IMG/VR virus record: IMGVR_UViG_3300042868_010125
Coordinates: 1 to 64,000 of that record
Source: a virus
Reading direction: 5' to 3' (one strand)
Length of the DNA stretch: 64,000 nt
Shown: piece by piece, positions 9,335 through 19,475 of the stretch
Layout of the letters: each line of letters opens with the position of its first letter
Numbering within the stretch: position 1 is the first letter of the stretch
The notes under the pieces: model-generated
What the model was told of the DNA's origin: nothing
The model's database searches: none
The model's input: the letters and a program-made list of their open reading frames with translations, nothing else
Position numbers and translations under genes: made by a program

Positions 9335-11110
9335 TTAAGCACTTTCGCGCTCACCAATTCTTGTCATAACCGCTTGTGCCGATCTACCAATAACTTCGGC
9401 AGTTTCCGCAGGTTGATTTATGTCTAGAACAATCTCGGCATAATCTCCACCAATATCTTTCGCGCCTCTGCCGTTATCAAATGGCAACCACAAAATCGCA
9501 ACGCCTGACGCTTTACATTTTTCTACAACTTCTCTCGCTCTCTTAGTTTCTTCAGGAGTGTATTCTCCGTCCGAAACAATTACGAGAAGTCTTGCGCCAT
9601 TTCCATTGAGTAGATTTAGTGAGCCGTCCAACGCTTGGAAGGCTTTCTGAAACTTTTCAGTTCCGTCGGAAGCGGAATAAACATTTACTTTATCTAATCT
9701 TTGTCCAACAGATAAAGTTGGGAATACATCATTTCCGTAATAAACCATAGCGCAGTTGCCCTGAATACGATTTACTGCTTCGCTCATTACCCACGCAGTT
9801 GTTGCCATTGGGTTCATAGCACTTCCCATAGAACCTGAAATATCAACCATTACACCAACATTAAGAGTTGGTTCGTCTGTGTGTTTGCGAACTGTTCTAC
9901 GGAAAGGTTTGGCTTGTGCCATTTGTCCCCTTGCACGATAGGCAGTATTTTGGACAATAGCGCGAGCGCGAAGTCTTCCGGGTGGCACGATACTAGAAAC
10001 CTGTATCTCATCTCTTTCGCGATACTTGGCTTTTTCTAGTGCTTCGCCAATAATTAAAGAAGCACGAAGTTCCTCAAAGGTAGGTTCTCTACTTTCAGTT
10101 AGAGTGCTTCGTGTACCTGAATTGCCCGGACCTGAAGTTTTACTAAATACTTTCTTAGCAACTTCTTCATTTTCTTTCTGCTCTTCAGCCTCAGAAGCCT
10201 TAGCCTTAACTTCATCTTTCCAATCTTCAGATTGTTCTTGGTCGGCAAGTTCACCAAAGTTATTTAGTTCTACTGAACTACTTGCTTCTCCAAGTGCGCC
10301 CAAGATTGCTTTAAGAAGTTCCTTAGGTATATTCGCACCTTCTTGATTACTTTCGTCTCCACGCTCTTTAGCAGTATCACGAACAATCTTCGCCCACTCT
10401 TTTGCTAGTGGATAAAGTTCTGTGGCATCTCTGTGATTGTCATGAAGTTGTGCTTTGCGAACTATTTCTCTCAACTTAGAAACAACATCAAGACCAAGTT
10501 GGTTCTCAACAAGTGTAGTTACATCTTTAACTTCATGTGCATCTAAAATACCAGCGTCAATACGAGCATGAACAAGACCAACAAGATTGCTTAAAGATTG
10601 TGTCTGTGTTTCATTTTCCATATCTTTTGTATCGCCAATAACAATTTCCATAGCGCAAGCGCGAAGAAAAGCGCGAGCCTTTGGGTGAGAAACGCTACCC
10701 TGATACTCAATACGACTTTCCTCTAATAAAATTAAGGCTTTGTATTCATCTTTTTCTAATTCTTCATACGCCTTAGGCATAGACCAACCTGAGAAGCGAG
10801 CATGAAACGCTTCGTGAATAATTGCGCCAGTTGCTTTAGGAAACTCATACTGAGTAGCGCGATTAGAAATATCGCCAATCTCTAGTGGACTAATTCCTTT
10901 TCCGAAAGCCACATCAACATTTACTTCTATTTCTGCGGTGCTTGGGTTGTAACAAGCAGGCGCAGGACCGCCAGCACCAGGTCCAACATAGGCAACAAGG
11001 TCGTCACGAAGCGACCACTTGTTTGCTAACTGACCAATATCTCTACCAACTCCTAACCACTCTTTAGGTGTGGCTTCGGCGCGAGTTTCACTCATTTTAA
11101 TATGAGCCAT
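9335..11110 (-). CDS. VWA-domain protein with N-terminal HExxH metallopeptidase-like region (MoxR partner)
   Basis: HEAFH; MIDAS motif DISGSM; IVSDG. Confidence 0.85.
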   Translation of the reverse strand: MAHIKMSETRAEATPKEWLGVGRDIGQLANKWSLRDDLVAYVGPGAGGPAPACYNPSTAEIEVNVDVAFGKGISPLEIGDISNRATQYEFPKATGAIIHEAFHARFSGWSMPKAYEELEKDEYKALILLEESRIEYQGSVSHPKARAFLRACAMEIVIGDTKDMENETQTQSLSNLVGLVHARIDAGILDAHEVKDVTTLVENQLGLDVVSKLREIVRKAQLHDNHRDATELYPLAKEWAKIVRDTAKERGDESNQEGANIPKELLKAILGALGEASSSVELNNFGELADQEQSEDWKDEVKAKASEAEEQKENEEVAKKVFSKTSGPGNSGTRSTLTESREPTFEELRASLIIGEALEKAKYRERDEIQVSSIVPPGRLRARAIVQNTAYRARGQMAQAKPFRRTVRKHTDEPTLNVGVMVDISGSMGSAMNPMATTAWVMSEAVNRIQGNCAMVYYGNDVFPTLSVGQRLDKVNVYSASDGTEKFQKAFQALDGSLNLLNGNGARLLVIVSDGEYTPEETKRAREVVEKCKASGVAILWLPFDNGRGAKDIGGDYAEIVLDINQPAETAEVIGRSAQAVMTRIGERESA

Positions 11111-11232
11111 TTTTACTACCCCCTTTGTTAATCTAATTATTGCATACTAGGTATCTATTGTCAAGTTAATAAGGGGGGCGCATTTCACCTAGAGAAATAC
11201 GCCCCACCCCCCAGCCAAACTAATTTAATAAA

Positions 11233-12285
11233 TTAGATTTTGGCAGGCTTGGCTTCTAACCCATAAGCGCGAGTTAGAACATCTGCGACTACCGCCCTAT
11301 CGTCATTTGGGGCTGACGCGATTAAGTTTGCGATAGCGAACTCAGTTCCGAAAGTTGTTGCTATGTCACGGAAGGCGAGAAGTTCTCGCATCTGTGGCGA
11401 CCAACTTATTCTTTCTTTATTCAAAACCTTGCGATATAAGTTTTGTGCGCAAGTAACCATTTGTGTTGGAACTCCTAAAGTACGAGCCAAGTTCCAATCA
11501 GTTGTCATTTCTGCTTGGACAACAAAGCGAGATAGTAACGCTTCGCTAAGTCTTACGCCCGGAGCCTTTGGATTTGTCGCTGCGACAACATAGAAGTCAG
11601 GGTGAGATTTTACTGTTCCTCTTTCAGGATTAGCAGTAATTGTGATTTCTCTTTTTCCGTCCATGAGATTGTAAATAACTGAAAGAACCTTAGGGTCAAT
11701 CAGACCAATCTCATCTATGAAATAAACTTCGCCATTTTCCGCAGCCTTAACTAAATCTCCGTCCACCCACTCAAAGTTTCCACTAGGAGTTTGGACATAA
11801 GAACCAATCAAGTCAGCAACTTCTACATCACCATTACCAAGTAGTGTGCGAACACCTTCACCGAAAGAAGCCTCAATCAACGCAGTTTTACCTGTGCCGG
11901 GAACTCCATAAAGCATGGCGAACATTGGTTGTCCAACACCAGTTAGAACTGATTGCTTTGTTGCTTCTCTTGCTTTGCGTAGAACTTCTACATCTTTGTT
12001 TTGACCCCATACGCGAGCATGGTAGGCAGAACCATTTGGACGCAAGTAGACACTTTCGCCACCTAAAGCATCAACACTCATTAGAGCATCTGCCTTTGGT
12101 TTGCGTGACTTTCTATCAGCACCAATCGCTCTTTCAACATAGCGACCTTGTGGAAGCACATTGGTAGACAACTGCTTTGACGCATTATCATTTACTCCTT
12201 GCGTTGCCACATCTATAATCATTTCCCAGTAAGTTGGAGAAAGATTAGGACTTAATTCTTTATATCTCTCTTTTAGAGTATTCAT
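11233..12285 (-). CDS. MoxR-family AAA+ ATPase
   Basis: Walker A GVPGTGKT, Walker B FIDE, ATNP, ALLSRF; adjacent to the VWA gene. Confidence 0.9.
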   Translation of the reverse strand: MNTLKERYKELSPNLSPTYWEMIIDVATQGVNDNASKQLSTNVLPQGRYVERAIGADRKSRKPKADALMSVDALGGESVYLRPNGSAYHARVWGQNKDVEVLRKAREATKQSVLTGVGQPMFAMLYGVPGTGKTALIEASFGEGVRTLLGNGDVEVADLIGSYVQTPSGNFEWVDGDLVKAAENGEVYFIDEIGLIDPKVLSVIYNLMDGKREITITANPERGTVKSHPDFYVVAATNPKAPGVRLSEALLSRFVVQAEMTTDWNLARTLGVPTQMVTCAQNLYRKVLNKERISWSPQMRELLAFRDIATTFGTEFAIANLIASAPNDDRAVVADVLTRAYGLEAKPAKI

Positions 12286-12303
12286 AGTTTATCCCCTTTT
12301 CCC

Positions 12304-12759
12304 TTATACCAATTCAGGAAAGCCAAGTGCTTTCCTAGAAATGTGAATACGATAAATTACCTTGTTAGGTGTTTTGCTCTTTCCAATATCATCAGCATCA
12401 TGGCGAGATATTTCTGTAAGGATAGGAGTTTTCTCCATAGCCCAACCATTGGAAATAAGAGTGTCAAAGTAAGAAGTTGTATAGCGCATACGATTTTCCG
12501 TAAAGGTATCTTTATCGCTATCAGGAAGAAGTTGATTGTTGTCAATCAAATCTTTTACTTCTTTAGAGTTAATGGAAGTAGTTCTCCATTGTCTTTTAGG
12601 TGTAGCAGGTGTAACCACTCTTCGGTGGAAAGACATTGGAACTAGACTTCCCGAAGTGTTGTATGCGTCAGGTGTTACAAGTATCTGCATGACTTGTCCC
12701 GGCTTTCGGAACTCGGCATACACCGCAACTCCCTGCACTTTCTTTTCTTTATCCAGCAT
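12304..12759 (-). CDS. Hypothetical protein
   Basis: ORF upstream of the ATPase. Confidence 0.6.
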   Translation of the reverse strand: MLDKEKKVQGVAVYAEFRKPGQVMQILVTPDAYNTSGSLVPMSFHRRVVTPATPKRQWRTTSINSKEVKDLIDNNQLLPDSDKDTFTENRMRYTTSYFDTLISNGWAMEKTPILTEISRHDADDIGKSKTPNKVIYRIHISRKALGFPELV

Positions 12760-12806
12760 TTCTTTTTCCTTTCTAGGTTAAGGTTTCTTGCTAGGTATAA
12801 GTATTA

Positions 12807-13205
12807 TTACATACTTTTGATTATTTTGTCAAATTGCTCTTTTACCAGCGTGTCTGATTGGCAGAAGGTTTCTAGGCTTATCTCGTCTAGAACATTGTCA
12901 GGGTTATTGGTTTCACGAATAGAGACTTTCCCTGAGTGCCACTCAACTACCTGAATTGTGTCGTAGTCAGGTGAGCAGAAATGATTTACTGAAATGCCAT
13001 GTCCCAAAGTATCGTTCCAATTAGCACCCACAATTTGTGAGATACAAATACGAGTTGCGTAGTCAGAGTCGGACCAGCGACTTTCTGCTTTTTGTAAAGC
13101 ATGAGCCAAGATTTCTTTTTGTGCTTCTCCACCCCATTGGGAGTAGATGTAAATTATTGGGTCGGCAGGTTTTGCCTGAAACCCAATCACCATACGATCA
13201 CCCAT
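12807..13205 (-). CDS. Hypothetical phage protein
   Basis: MGDR...YIYSQWGG...RWSDSDYATRI; AAAAGGGG RBS. Confidence 0.65.
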   Translation of the reverse strand: MGDRMVIGFQAKPADPIIYIYSQWGGEAQKEILAHALQKAESRWSDSDYATRICISQIVGANWNDTLGHGISVNHFCSPDYDTIQVVEWHSGKVSIRETNNPDNVLDEISLETFCQSDTLVKEQFDKIIKSM

Positions 13206-13250
13206 TTTATTTCCCCTTTTCTTTAGGCTTGGCAGAACTCTACCAAATTG

Positions 13251-13898
13251 TTATTCCTTTGTCAAGACCAAATCCTGCTTGGCGTGAAGTTCTATTGGCT
13301 TCAGGTTCTCAGGACAATCGTCGTAAAGGTCGTCGTAATCGCCATCAAAGTTTTCACATCTCCAGCAGTAGTTGTCATTGGCTTCCATCTCTTCTTCATG
13401 AGTTGATGGAATATCCCACTCTCTAATAATTTCGGTCGTTGAGCCCTGAAAGTTTATTTCTGCTCCCCAGCCCTGTTCTTCACGAAACTCCAAAGTCATG
13501 TTCACATTAGGATTTTGTTGTGCCAGTTTTTCTATGACCTGAGTTGGTGAAGACCACGCAGTATCAAACTTATAGTGAAGAGATGTTTCATCTTCTTCTA
13601 GAAGTTCTACCTCGCAGGCATCCCACTTAGTTCCCCACTCACGATTATTAAAGTTATACCAGTTGTATTCGCTATCACCTTGCTTTTTTCCGTCAGCGAA
13701 CCCATGAGTTCCATAGTATTCATCTAACTTGTCTGCTGGTGGTGGAAGGATATTCATAAAAGAAAAAATAGGTTTTTTCTCTACTTCTTCTTTATCCTCA
13801 TACCTAGTTGTAATGCTTGCGCCAACCTGCGCTTTTAATTTTGCTATGTCTTCTTTAGAACCATCTACTGATAAATGATTAAACACCCAATTAGGCAT
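13251..13898 (-). CDS. DUF1281/YubB-like ferredoxin-fold protein
   Basis: MPNWVFN...WYNFNNREWGTKWD...FDTAWSSP. Confidence 0.75.
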   Translation of the reverse strand: MPNWVFNHLSVDGSKEDIAKLKAQVGASITTRYEDKEEVEKKPIFSFMNILPPPADKLDEYYGTHGFADGKKQGDSEYNWYNFNNREWGTKWDACEVELLEEDETSLHYKFDTAWSSPTQVIEKLAQQNPNVNMTLEFREEQGWGAEINFQGSTTEIIREWDIPSTHEEEMEANDNYCWRCENFDGDYDDLYDDCPENLKPIELHAKQDLVLTKE

Positions 13899-14157
13899 TT
13901 TTACCCCCTACTAAGTTTTCACGAAACTCGGGTAAAGTAAAATCAGGAAGACCAAACATAAATCCCCCACCATTACCCTCTTCATCTTGCGAGAGAACAA
14001 GTTCAACAAGTTCTCCATTTGTAAGTTTTGCTATGAACATTGGAAAACCGCGACCACCAAAATCATCAGGGTCAGTTCCCTTGAACCTAATAATTGTTGC
14101 GCCTTCAAGTTGTTTGTAATAGCCCATGTTCCAGCGTTCCTGTGTATCGTCTTTCAT
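13891..14157 (-). CDS. Hypothetical protein
   Basis: SQDEEGNGGG motif; promoter TTGACA-17-TATGAT (14273-14245). Confidence 0.65.
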   Translation of the reverse strand: MKDDTQERWNMGYYKQLEGATIIRFKGTDPDDFGGRGFPMFIAKLTNGELVELVLSQDEEGNGGGFMFGLPDFTLPEFRENLVGGKNA

Positions 14158-14533
14158 ATTGCCCCCTTAGTTTTATAGTCCGTGTTCGCAAGTAGCGGAC
14201 TAACCCACCTTCACAAATCGCTCATACAAGCGGTGCGAAACGCCATCATACAAGAACCGCATCTTTTTGTCAAGTATCCTTGTCCCTCGTTCAGATGACA
14301 AACGCCGGAATACCAGACATCACAACAACTTCGGGACCTTCGCTTTTTTTGACAGCGGCAATTTTTTTACTTTTTGCTTGCGTGCCCGCATACAATTTTT
14401 ACTTTTTGCTAAGGAGTCTTCCAACTTTCGGAGTAGTGTATAAACAATTTTTATAGTTTGATGACTCGGGTATTTGGATGGGAAAATACAAAAGGCGTGC
14501 CTTTTCAGACACGCCTAAAGTAAGTTAAAAGTA

Positions 14534-14923
14534 TTACACGGTGGCTCTAGTTTTCCAACCCTCGCCAGTTATTTTTATTCTGAACACAGACTCGAAAGCC
14601 GTAGCAACCAAATCTGTTATATCTACCCACTTATCCGTTGCATTAAACAAAAGACTCGCATTAGGGTAGTCAGGCAAATCCGCATCCGATGTGTAGTCAC
14701 CAAGCACTACAACCCTGTCGCCAGCCCAACGCCCAGAGATACCCGTATCAGGTAAATCCCCGTTGCCTCGGTTAGGACTTGTCATTGTTAAGATATACAT
14801 GGCGTCGGCAAGCGTGCCGTTGAATTCGCCAAGATGTTCATATTGCTTTAGACCCAAGCCGAGCCCGTGTGGTGATACAACTTCTTCTTTATCTAGATTT
14901 ACTAGAACATGGTATTGACCCAT
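14534..14923 (-). CDS. Hypothetical phage protein
   Basis: MGQY...VNLDKEE...GRWAGDRVVVLGDY. Confidence 0.7.
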   Translation of the reverse strand: MGQYHVLVNLDKEEVVSPHGLGLGLKQYEHLGEFNGTLADAMYILTMTSPNRGNGDLPDTGISGRWAGDRVVVLGDYTSDADLPDYPNASLLFNATDKWVDITDLVATAFESVFRIKITGEGWKTRATV

Positions 14924-15138
14924 TAGTTAATCTCCTCAAGTGAGATTGTTAAGTTCGATGTTGAGTACTCCTCGTCATCTCCCTCATGTGTAGCAGGTTC
15001 TTCAATCTGCGGTGCAACATGCCCGATTAGATTATCTTCTTCTTCAGACGAAAGTACTTTGTCCGTATCAAAAGAAATCACCATTCGATATCTAGCCATT
15101 TGGCTTCCCCTTTCTAGGTATCTTTATCTTAGCAGTTT

Positions 15139-16065
15139 TTAGTTGTTTGTCAAGTTAAATTGCTTAGGGTAAAAGAGTGTCGTGGTTTTGTAGGCATTGA
15201 CTAAGGAAGCATTAACGCTAGCCATAACCGTACTTAGGTTCTCGCCACCAGAGAGTCTTTTATTTAGGTAAGTAGCAAAAGCCACAGTTGCGTTAGAAGT
15301 TCCTAGAGATAGGGACTTCTTGTCTGATATATCAGTTGTGATGTATTTGCCGTAAGTGTAAAGGTCAAGGTCAGCACCATTGTTAGATGTAGCCATAATT
15401 GGGTACACCCAACCTGAGACTCCTCGCATTGAGTATCTGTCCTCGGTTGCGCCCACCGCAATCGCTTGTGGGATACAAGCAGGGTAGTCAATCTTTGTGG
15501 CGTTGCCACCATTACCAGCAGAGATAACAACTGCTACATCTGAAGCAATAAGGTTTGAGATTTGAGTTTGAAGTTTTGTCTCTATTGGACATGAAGCCTG
15601 TGAGTAGGCTCTACCTAGAGAGATAGATACCGCACCAACATTTAGTCGTGTCTTATTCTTCTCAACATAATCCAAAGCCCAAGATATTGCTTTAGTTGTG
15701 TAAGGAGTCGGCACACCTCGTGGAGTCATGCCAGCAACTCGGATAGAAACAATTTTTACATTTGGGTCGATGGCTACTGCTACTGAAGCCATTTGAGTCC
15801 CGTGACTAAACGAACCAGCAGTTGTCATAGCAGGAGTAATCTTTGATGCGCCAGCGCCAGTCATTTGTGAAAAGCCATTTGGACATCTGTGAAACTCAAG
15901 AAAGCACGCTTCATCTACAACCGCACTTTTAGCCCAAGCCAAATCTGTGTTTATGCCTGAGTCGATAATTACTAAAGTTTTCTCACCAACCGCGCTCGCG
16001 GTTTGGGTGGGAATTAAAGTTACCGAAAGGGCAACTACCATAAGTATAATTTTACTTTTTGTCAT
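15139..16065 (-). CDS. Secreted subtilase (S8 serine peptidase)
   Basis: Signal peptide; IIDSG, HGTQMA, SAGN, GTSNA. Confidence 0.9.
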   Translation of the reverse strand: MTKSKIILMVVALSVTLIPTQTASAVGEKTLVIIDSGINTDLAWAKSAVVDEACFLEFHRCPNGFSQMTGAGASKITPAMTTAGSFSHGTQMASVAVAIDPNVKIVSIRVAGMTPRGVPTPYTTKAISWALDYVEKNKTRLNVGAVSISLGRAYSQASCPIETKLQTQISNLIASDVAVVISAGNGGNATKIDYPACIPQAIAVGATEDRYSMRGVSGWVYPIMATSNNGADLDLYTYGKYITTDISDKKSLSLGTSNATVAFATYLNKRLSGGENLSTVMASVNASLVNAYKTTTLFYPKQFNLTNN

Positions 16066-16230
16066 TTGTTTAACACCAATCTTTGTCCTGCCCCTAACCC
16101 CAGCCCAACGCCAAAGTTTTCAAAACAATGTTGGCACATGTTTGCCCATGGTCCAATCTTTGTTCGTGCATCATAATTTGCTACTTCACCGCAGAAATCG
16201 CAGTTAGGTAAATTAACTACTTCTACTTGC

Positions 16231-16548
16231 TTAGACATTTAGTTCCCTTACGCTATCTGCCATTGCTTTAGCATCAACTAGATTGTTCCAGTCTTCTGCT
16301 CTAATGTCAAGTAGGAACTGTATTGGTTCGACGTCATTTCCGACGTGAGCCAGGACGAGTGCCCTGTGATGGACAATGTCTTTGTTTGTATGACCTTGGT
16401 GGTCGAAGACAACCATTTGTAAAACATGGATGCCATTTGTAGAGAGAAAAGGCGCCCTCTCTGGGTACTGATTAAAATTAAGCACCTGTGCTGTCTTGAT
16501 TAATTTTTTCAGTGTATTTGAGTTTACTGCTTTGTATTTGTTTGTCAT
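16231..16548 (-). CDS. Hypothetical protein
   Basis: ORF with TTGACA upstream. Confidence 0.55.
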   Translation of the reverse strand: MTNKYKAVNSNTLKKLIKTAQVLNFNQYPERAPFLSTNGIHVLQMVVFDHQGHTNKDIVHHRALVLAHVGNDVEPIQFLLDIRAEDWNNLVDAKAMADSVRELNV

Positions 16549-16774
16549 AGAAGTATCTAACCATATGTTTAAACGTTTGTCAAATCAACCTTCGATGCGA
16601 CATCTCTCATGCTCATTCATACAGCAAACACAGTAATTCTCATGAGCATCGTGACTACAGCATTTATCGGGATCTACTTTATCTAAAAGATTATTTAGCC
16701 AGCGATTTATTGTGTCAGCGGTTCTGACATTTAAATCGGATGTCGGTTCTAGTTGTTGCTGAATTTCTTTTAAT

Positions 16775-17137
16775 TTATACGCTATGTAACCTAGAAGTAT
16801 CATCCGCTTGTTCTCCCGATATCTCTGCTGTGTCAATTGAATTCTTGAATCTGACTATACCCATCCGTTCATCCTGTGTCAATCCACCCCACACACCGTA
16901 GTTCTCTGGCACCGCTAATGCGTGCTCTAAGCACTCCGTCTTAACTGGGCATGCCGTGCATATTTTTTTAGCGGCACTCTCCCGTGCCTGCTTCTCAAGT
17001 CCTCGGAGCATGTCGTCATTAAAGAAGACGGTTGCATCCACGCCGTCACTTCTACACAAGCCGTCGTCTTGCCATGACCAATGACTGGCAATCGGTATTA
17101 ATGCATCGTTCATATTAAACACGGGGTCTGGGTTCAT
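16775..17137 (-). CDS. whiB: WhiB-family Fe-S transcription factor (WhiB3/WhiD-like)
   Basis: WQDDGLC...AKKICTACPVKTECLEHAL...YGVWGG; leaderless promoter TTGACA-18-TAGCAT-6-ATG. Confidence 0.92.
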   Translation of the reverse strand: MNPDPVFNMNDALIPIASHWSWQDDGLCRSDGVDATVFFNDDMLRGLEKQARESAAKKICTACPVKTECLEHALAVPENYGVWGGLTQDERMGIVRFKNSIDTAEISGEQADDTSRLHSV

Positions 17138-17158
17138 GCCGTTATGCTAGCAATGGCT

Positions 17159-19132
17159 CAAGCCGTTTGTCAAGAACCGCTGTAGCAAGCCGCTTGCCGC
17201 TCAAACAACATCTCAATAATTTTAGGTTCTCAACTTTACGCCGCATGCTGCGTAAAGCTATCCTATCAGGCCTGTCAAGCCGTTGAGCACGCCGAGCTAA
17301 CCAGGTACAACCGTAAACAACTTTTGTAGATGGCAACCTCGACAGCTGCTGTACCAAGCCGCTTTTTTACTTTTTGCTATTAACAGCTCCAGGTACCTGG
17401 TCAGATACAAACAACTTTCTCAAGTGCTGTGCCATCTGGTGAAACCTCCGCCACCACCGCCTCCATCACCAGAGCCTCCATCGAGCTGGGAATCTAAAAA
17501 CAACTTTTGAATGTGCTGCTCTTGTTTAATTTTTGAGCGTCAAGCTGCAGGAGGATTTTTCATTTGCACACTACAAACAACTTCGACATCTACCAGCTCC
17601 AGATGGCAAGCCGTTGAATTTATACATACTTAGAATTAAGACTGTACGAATTTAAAGAATCTCTGACGCTTAGCGGTTCTTCCCTAGGAAGGGGGTGATA
17701 GGACTGAAGTCGTCCTCGTCGCTCCACTTACCCGTTGAGTATCCGTTATCCGATTCTCTCTTGCATCTGTGTGCACCGTTTAACTTCGCGCTCTCGTAGG
17801 ACTCACCACAGAAGTAGCAGGCCGTTAGTATCCGTTCCATATCCACGATGTCCCCCTATCTCCCACGCCGTTTTTTATTTTTGTGCTTCATCTGGTCTAT
17901 ACCGTCAACATTGTCGACAAAGTCGGGTACCTCGTACTCGCTCAAACAGTCACCGTCAAATAATCCCATACCCGTCCTTTCCCACGCCGTTTTTTACTTT
18001 TTGCTCTAAGCCCCGAGCCGCTCATCCAACATCTTGATATTGTTTAGAAGTTCGACAGCCTCGTTAGCTCGAGCCGTTACCCGTATGTGTTCAGCACGGG
18101 TTGAGCATAGAACGATGTCTTCCTCAAGCCGCTTTGCTAGGCGAGCCGCTAGTTCTTCTAAGTTGTTTATACTCACGGGTAGGTTTCCTCCTGGCTTGCC
18201 GCTTCATCCGTTTTGTCAACGGGCGCTTCGTACGCACCGTCTTTGTTCATCTCTAACTCCACTAGGTGCTGAGCACCAGCGGCTAAACGGGCAAGCCGTT
18301 CTTTAATAATTTCATGTGGGCTACGCACCGTTACGTCCACGCCGACATCTAACTCCACGCCGCCTCGGACTCCAGCTCGGTCAAGGATTTCCGTTGATGC
18401 TTTTAGTCTGACGGGTTCGGATTGGGCAGACTCCATTAGTTCTTCTAGGACATCGACAGCGTATGGTGCAGATTGCAATAACTTCTGTCGTGCCCGTTCG
18501 ACGTCAGCTCCAGGCCGTCTATTGGTACGAAGGTGGACACGACACAAGCCGTCATCTTTCGGACGCCCGCTACTCCAGAGTAGACATCTCAAGCCGTCTT
18601 GTTTAATGATTCGACAACGGTGAGGTTGTGAAGCCGGCGCTCGCTTTTCGGACTTGGGCCCGCCGCTCTCTTGTTCTGCTAAATAGGCACGGGTCGCGCC
18701 GATAACCCAAGGGGGTGTAATTCGGCAGGCCTTGTCGTCGACGATGAGGTCGAGGCCCGTTAAGAAATCTGAGTTGTTATTTTCTGGTTCCTGTAGAAGC
18801 ACCCGTTTCTCAGAGAGAGAAAGCAGACGCCGTTCTTTGAGGGACTCCCTAGACCTAGCAACAATGAGGCCCGTTGGCATCCCAAGTTGATCGTAGACTG
18901 GGTCCCAGTTCAGGCTGGCCTGCCGTAAGGCGGCACGGTTTTCGTAACTGTCTAAGCAGACGCCGCGTTCGTCTTCGATGATGCCGATTTCTGTTAAGTC
19001 AGGCCGCAGGTCGTAAGGGGTCGCAATATCAGGAAGGGAAAGGGAAGTGTCTTCTTTCTCCTCAGGAGAAGAGGAGGAGATATCAGAGGACATTTTTACT
19101 TTTTGCCTTTCAAAAAACTAAGAGGCAAGCCG
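17159..19132 (+). repeat. Strand-biased heptamer CAAGCCG x10
   Basis: Copies at 17159, 17186, 17276, 17355, 17607, 18125, 18292, 18545, 18590, 19126. Confidence 0.75.
18173..19093 (-). CDS. Possible terminase small subunit-like DNA-binding protein
   Basis: C..KQDG.RC...GLCRVH Zn motif followed by AVDVLEELM...VRLKASTEILDRAG; GC-richer than flanks. Confidence 0.4.
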   Translation of the reverse strand: MSSDISSSSPEEKEDTSLSLPDIATPYDLRPDLTEIGIIEDERGVCLDSYENRAALRQASLNWDPVYDQLGMPTGLIVARSRESLKERRLLSLSEKRVLLQEPENNNSDFLTGLDLIVDDKACRITPPWVIGATRAYLAEQESGGPKSEKRAPASQPHRCRIIKQDGLRCLLWSSGRPKDDGLCRVHLRTNRRPGADVERARQKLLQSAPYAVDVLEELMESAQSEPVRLKASTEILDRAGVRGGVELDVGVDVTVRSPHEIIKERLARLAAGAQHLVELEMNKDGAYEAPVDKTDEAASQEETYP

Positions 19133-19196
19133 CCCCCAGGAGATTATTTTGGTTATTTTTTATCTGGGAGCGAGCTTGCCAAACTAGATAAGTTGT

Positions 19197-19475
19197 TTAC
19201 TTCTTCTTCTTTGAAGCTGCTGCTTTTGAGATTTTCTTTGTGATAGTAGCCGTTGCTGTCTCTGCGAAAGGACCGAATGCTGGGTCTTTCTTATTGACGT
19301 AGCGAAGGACTGTTGGGATTGCTGACGCCCAGAGGGAGTTGGCTACTAGAAGCCATTCGCTCTGACCAAAATCTAAAGGACTGCCGATGCCTGTAGTTGA
19401 TGAGACAACTACAATTCCGCCGACGACCTGACCAAGCAGGTTACGTGCATAGGACTCGAGCATTGCTTTGTTCAT
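19197..19475 (-). CDS. Holin-like membrane protein
   Basis: Two hydrophobic segments, RYVNKKDPAFG, Lys-rich tail. Confidence 0.5.
   Translation of the reverse strand: MNKAMLESYARNLLGQVVGGIVVVSSTTGIGSPLDFGQSEWLLVANSLWASAIPTVLRYVNKKDPAFGPFAETATATITKKISKAAASKKKK

Larger units (their letters stand above)
1225..19106 (-). repeat. Dispersed 14-bp motif GCAAAAAGTAAAAA (13 exact copies, 5 variants)
   Basis: TTTTTACTTTTTGC on + at 1225, 3171, 4392, 6697, 7834, 8396, 9250, 14364, 14396, 17364, 17991, 19093; inverted at 3746; variants at 1578, 4818, 6092, 16050, 17872. Confidence 0.9.

Noticed and set aside
9335-12285. CobS/CobT cobaltochelatase as a B12 biosynthesis module
   Set aside because: Generic MoxR AAA+ and VWA pairs are common in large phages; there is no CobN and the pair is far from the nrdJ-pduO operon.
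17142-17357. 71-aa ORF upstream of whiB
   Set aside because: It overlaps the whiB promoter and a motif-dense block, has a TTG start and no RBS.
17200-17620. Clustering of AGCT, GCWGC and CCWGG sites as restriction decoys
   Set aside because: An impression only; it needs k-mer counts against local GC content, which I could not compute.
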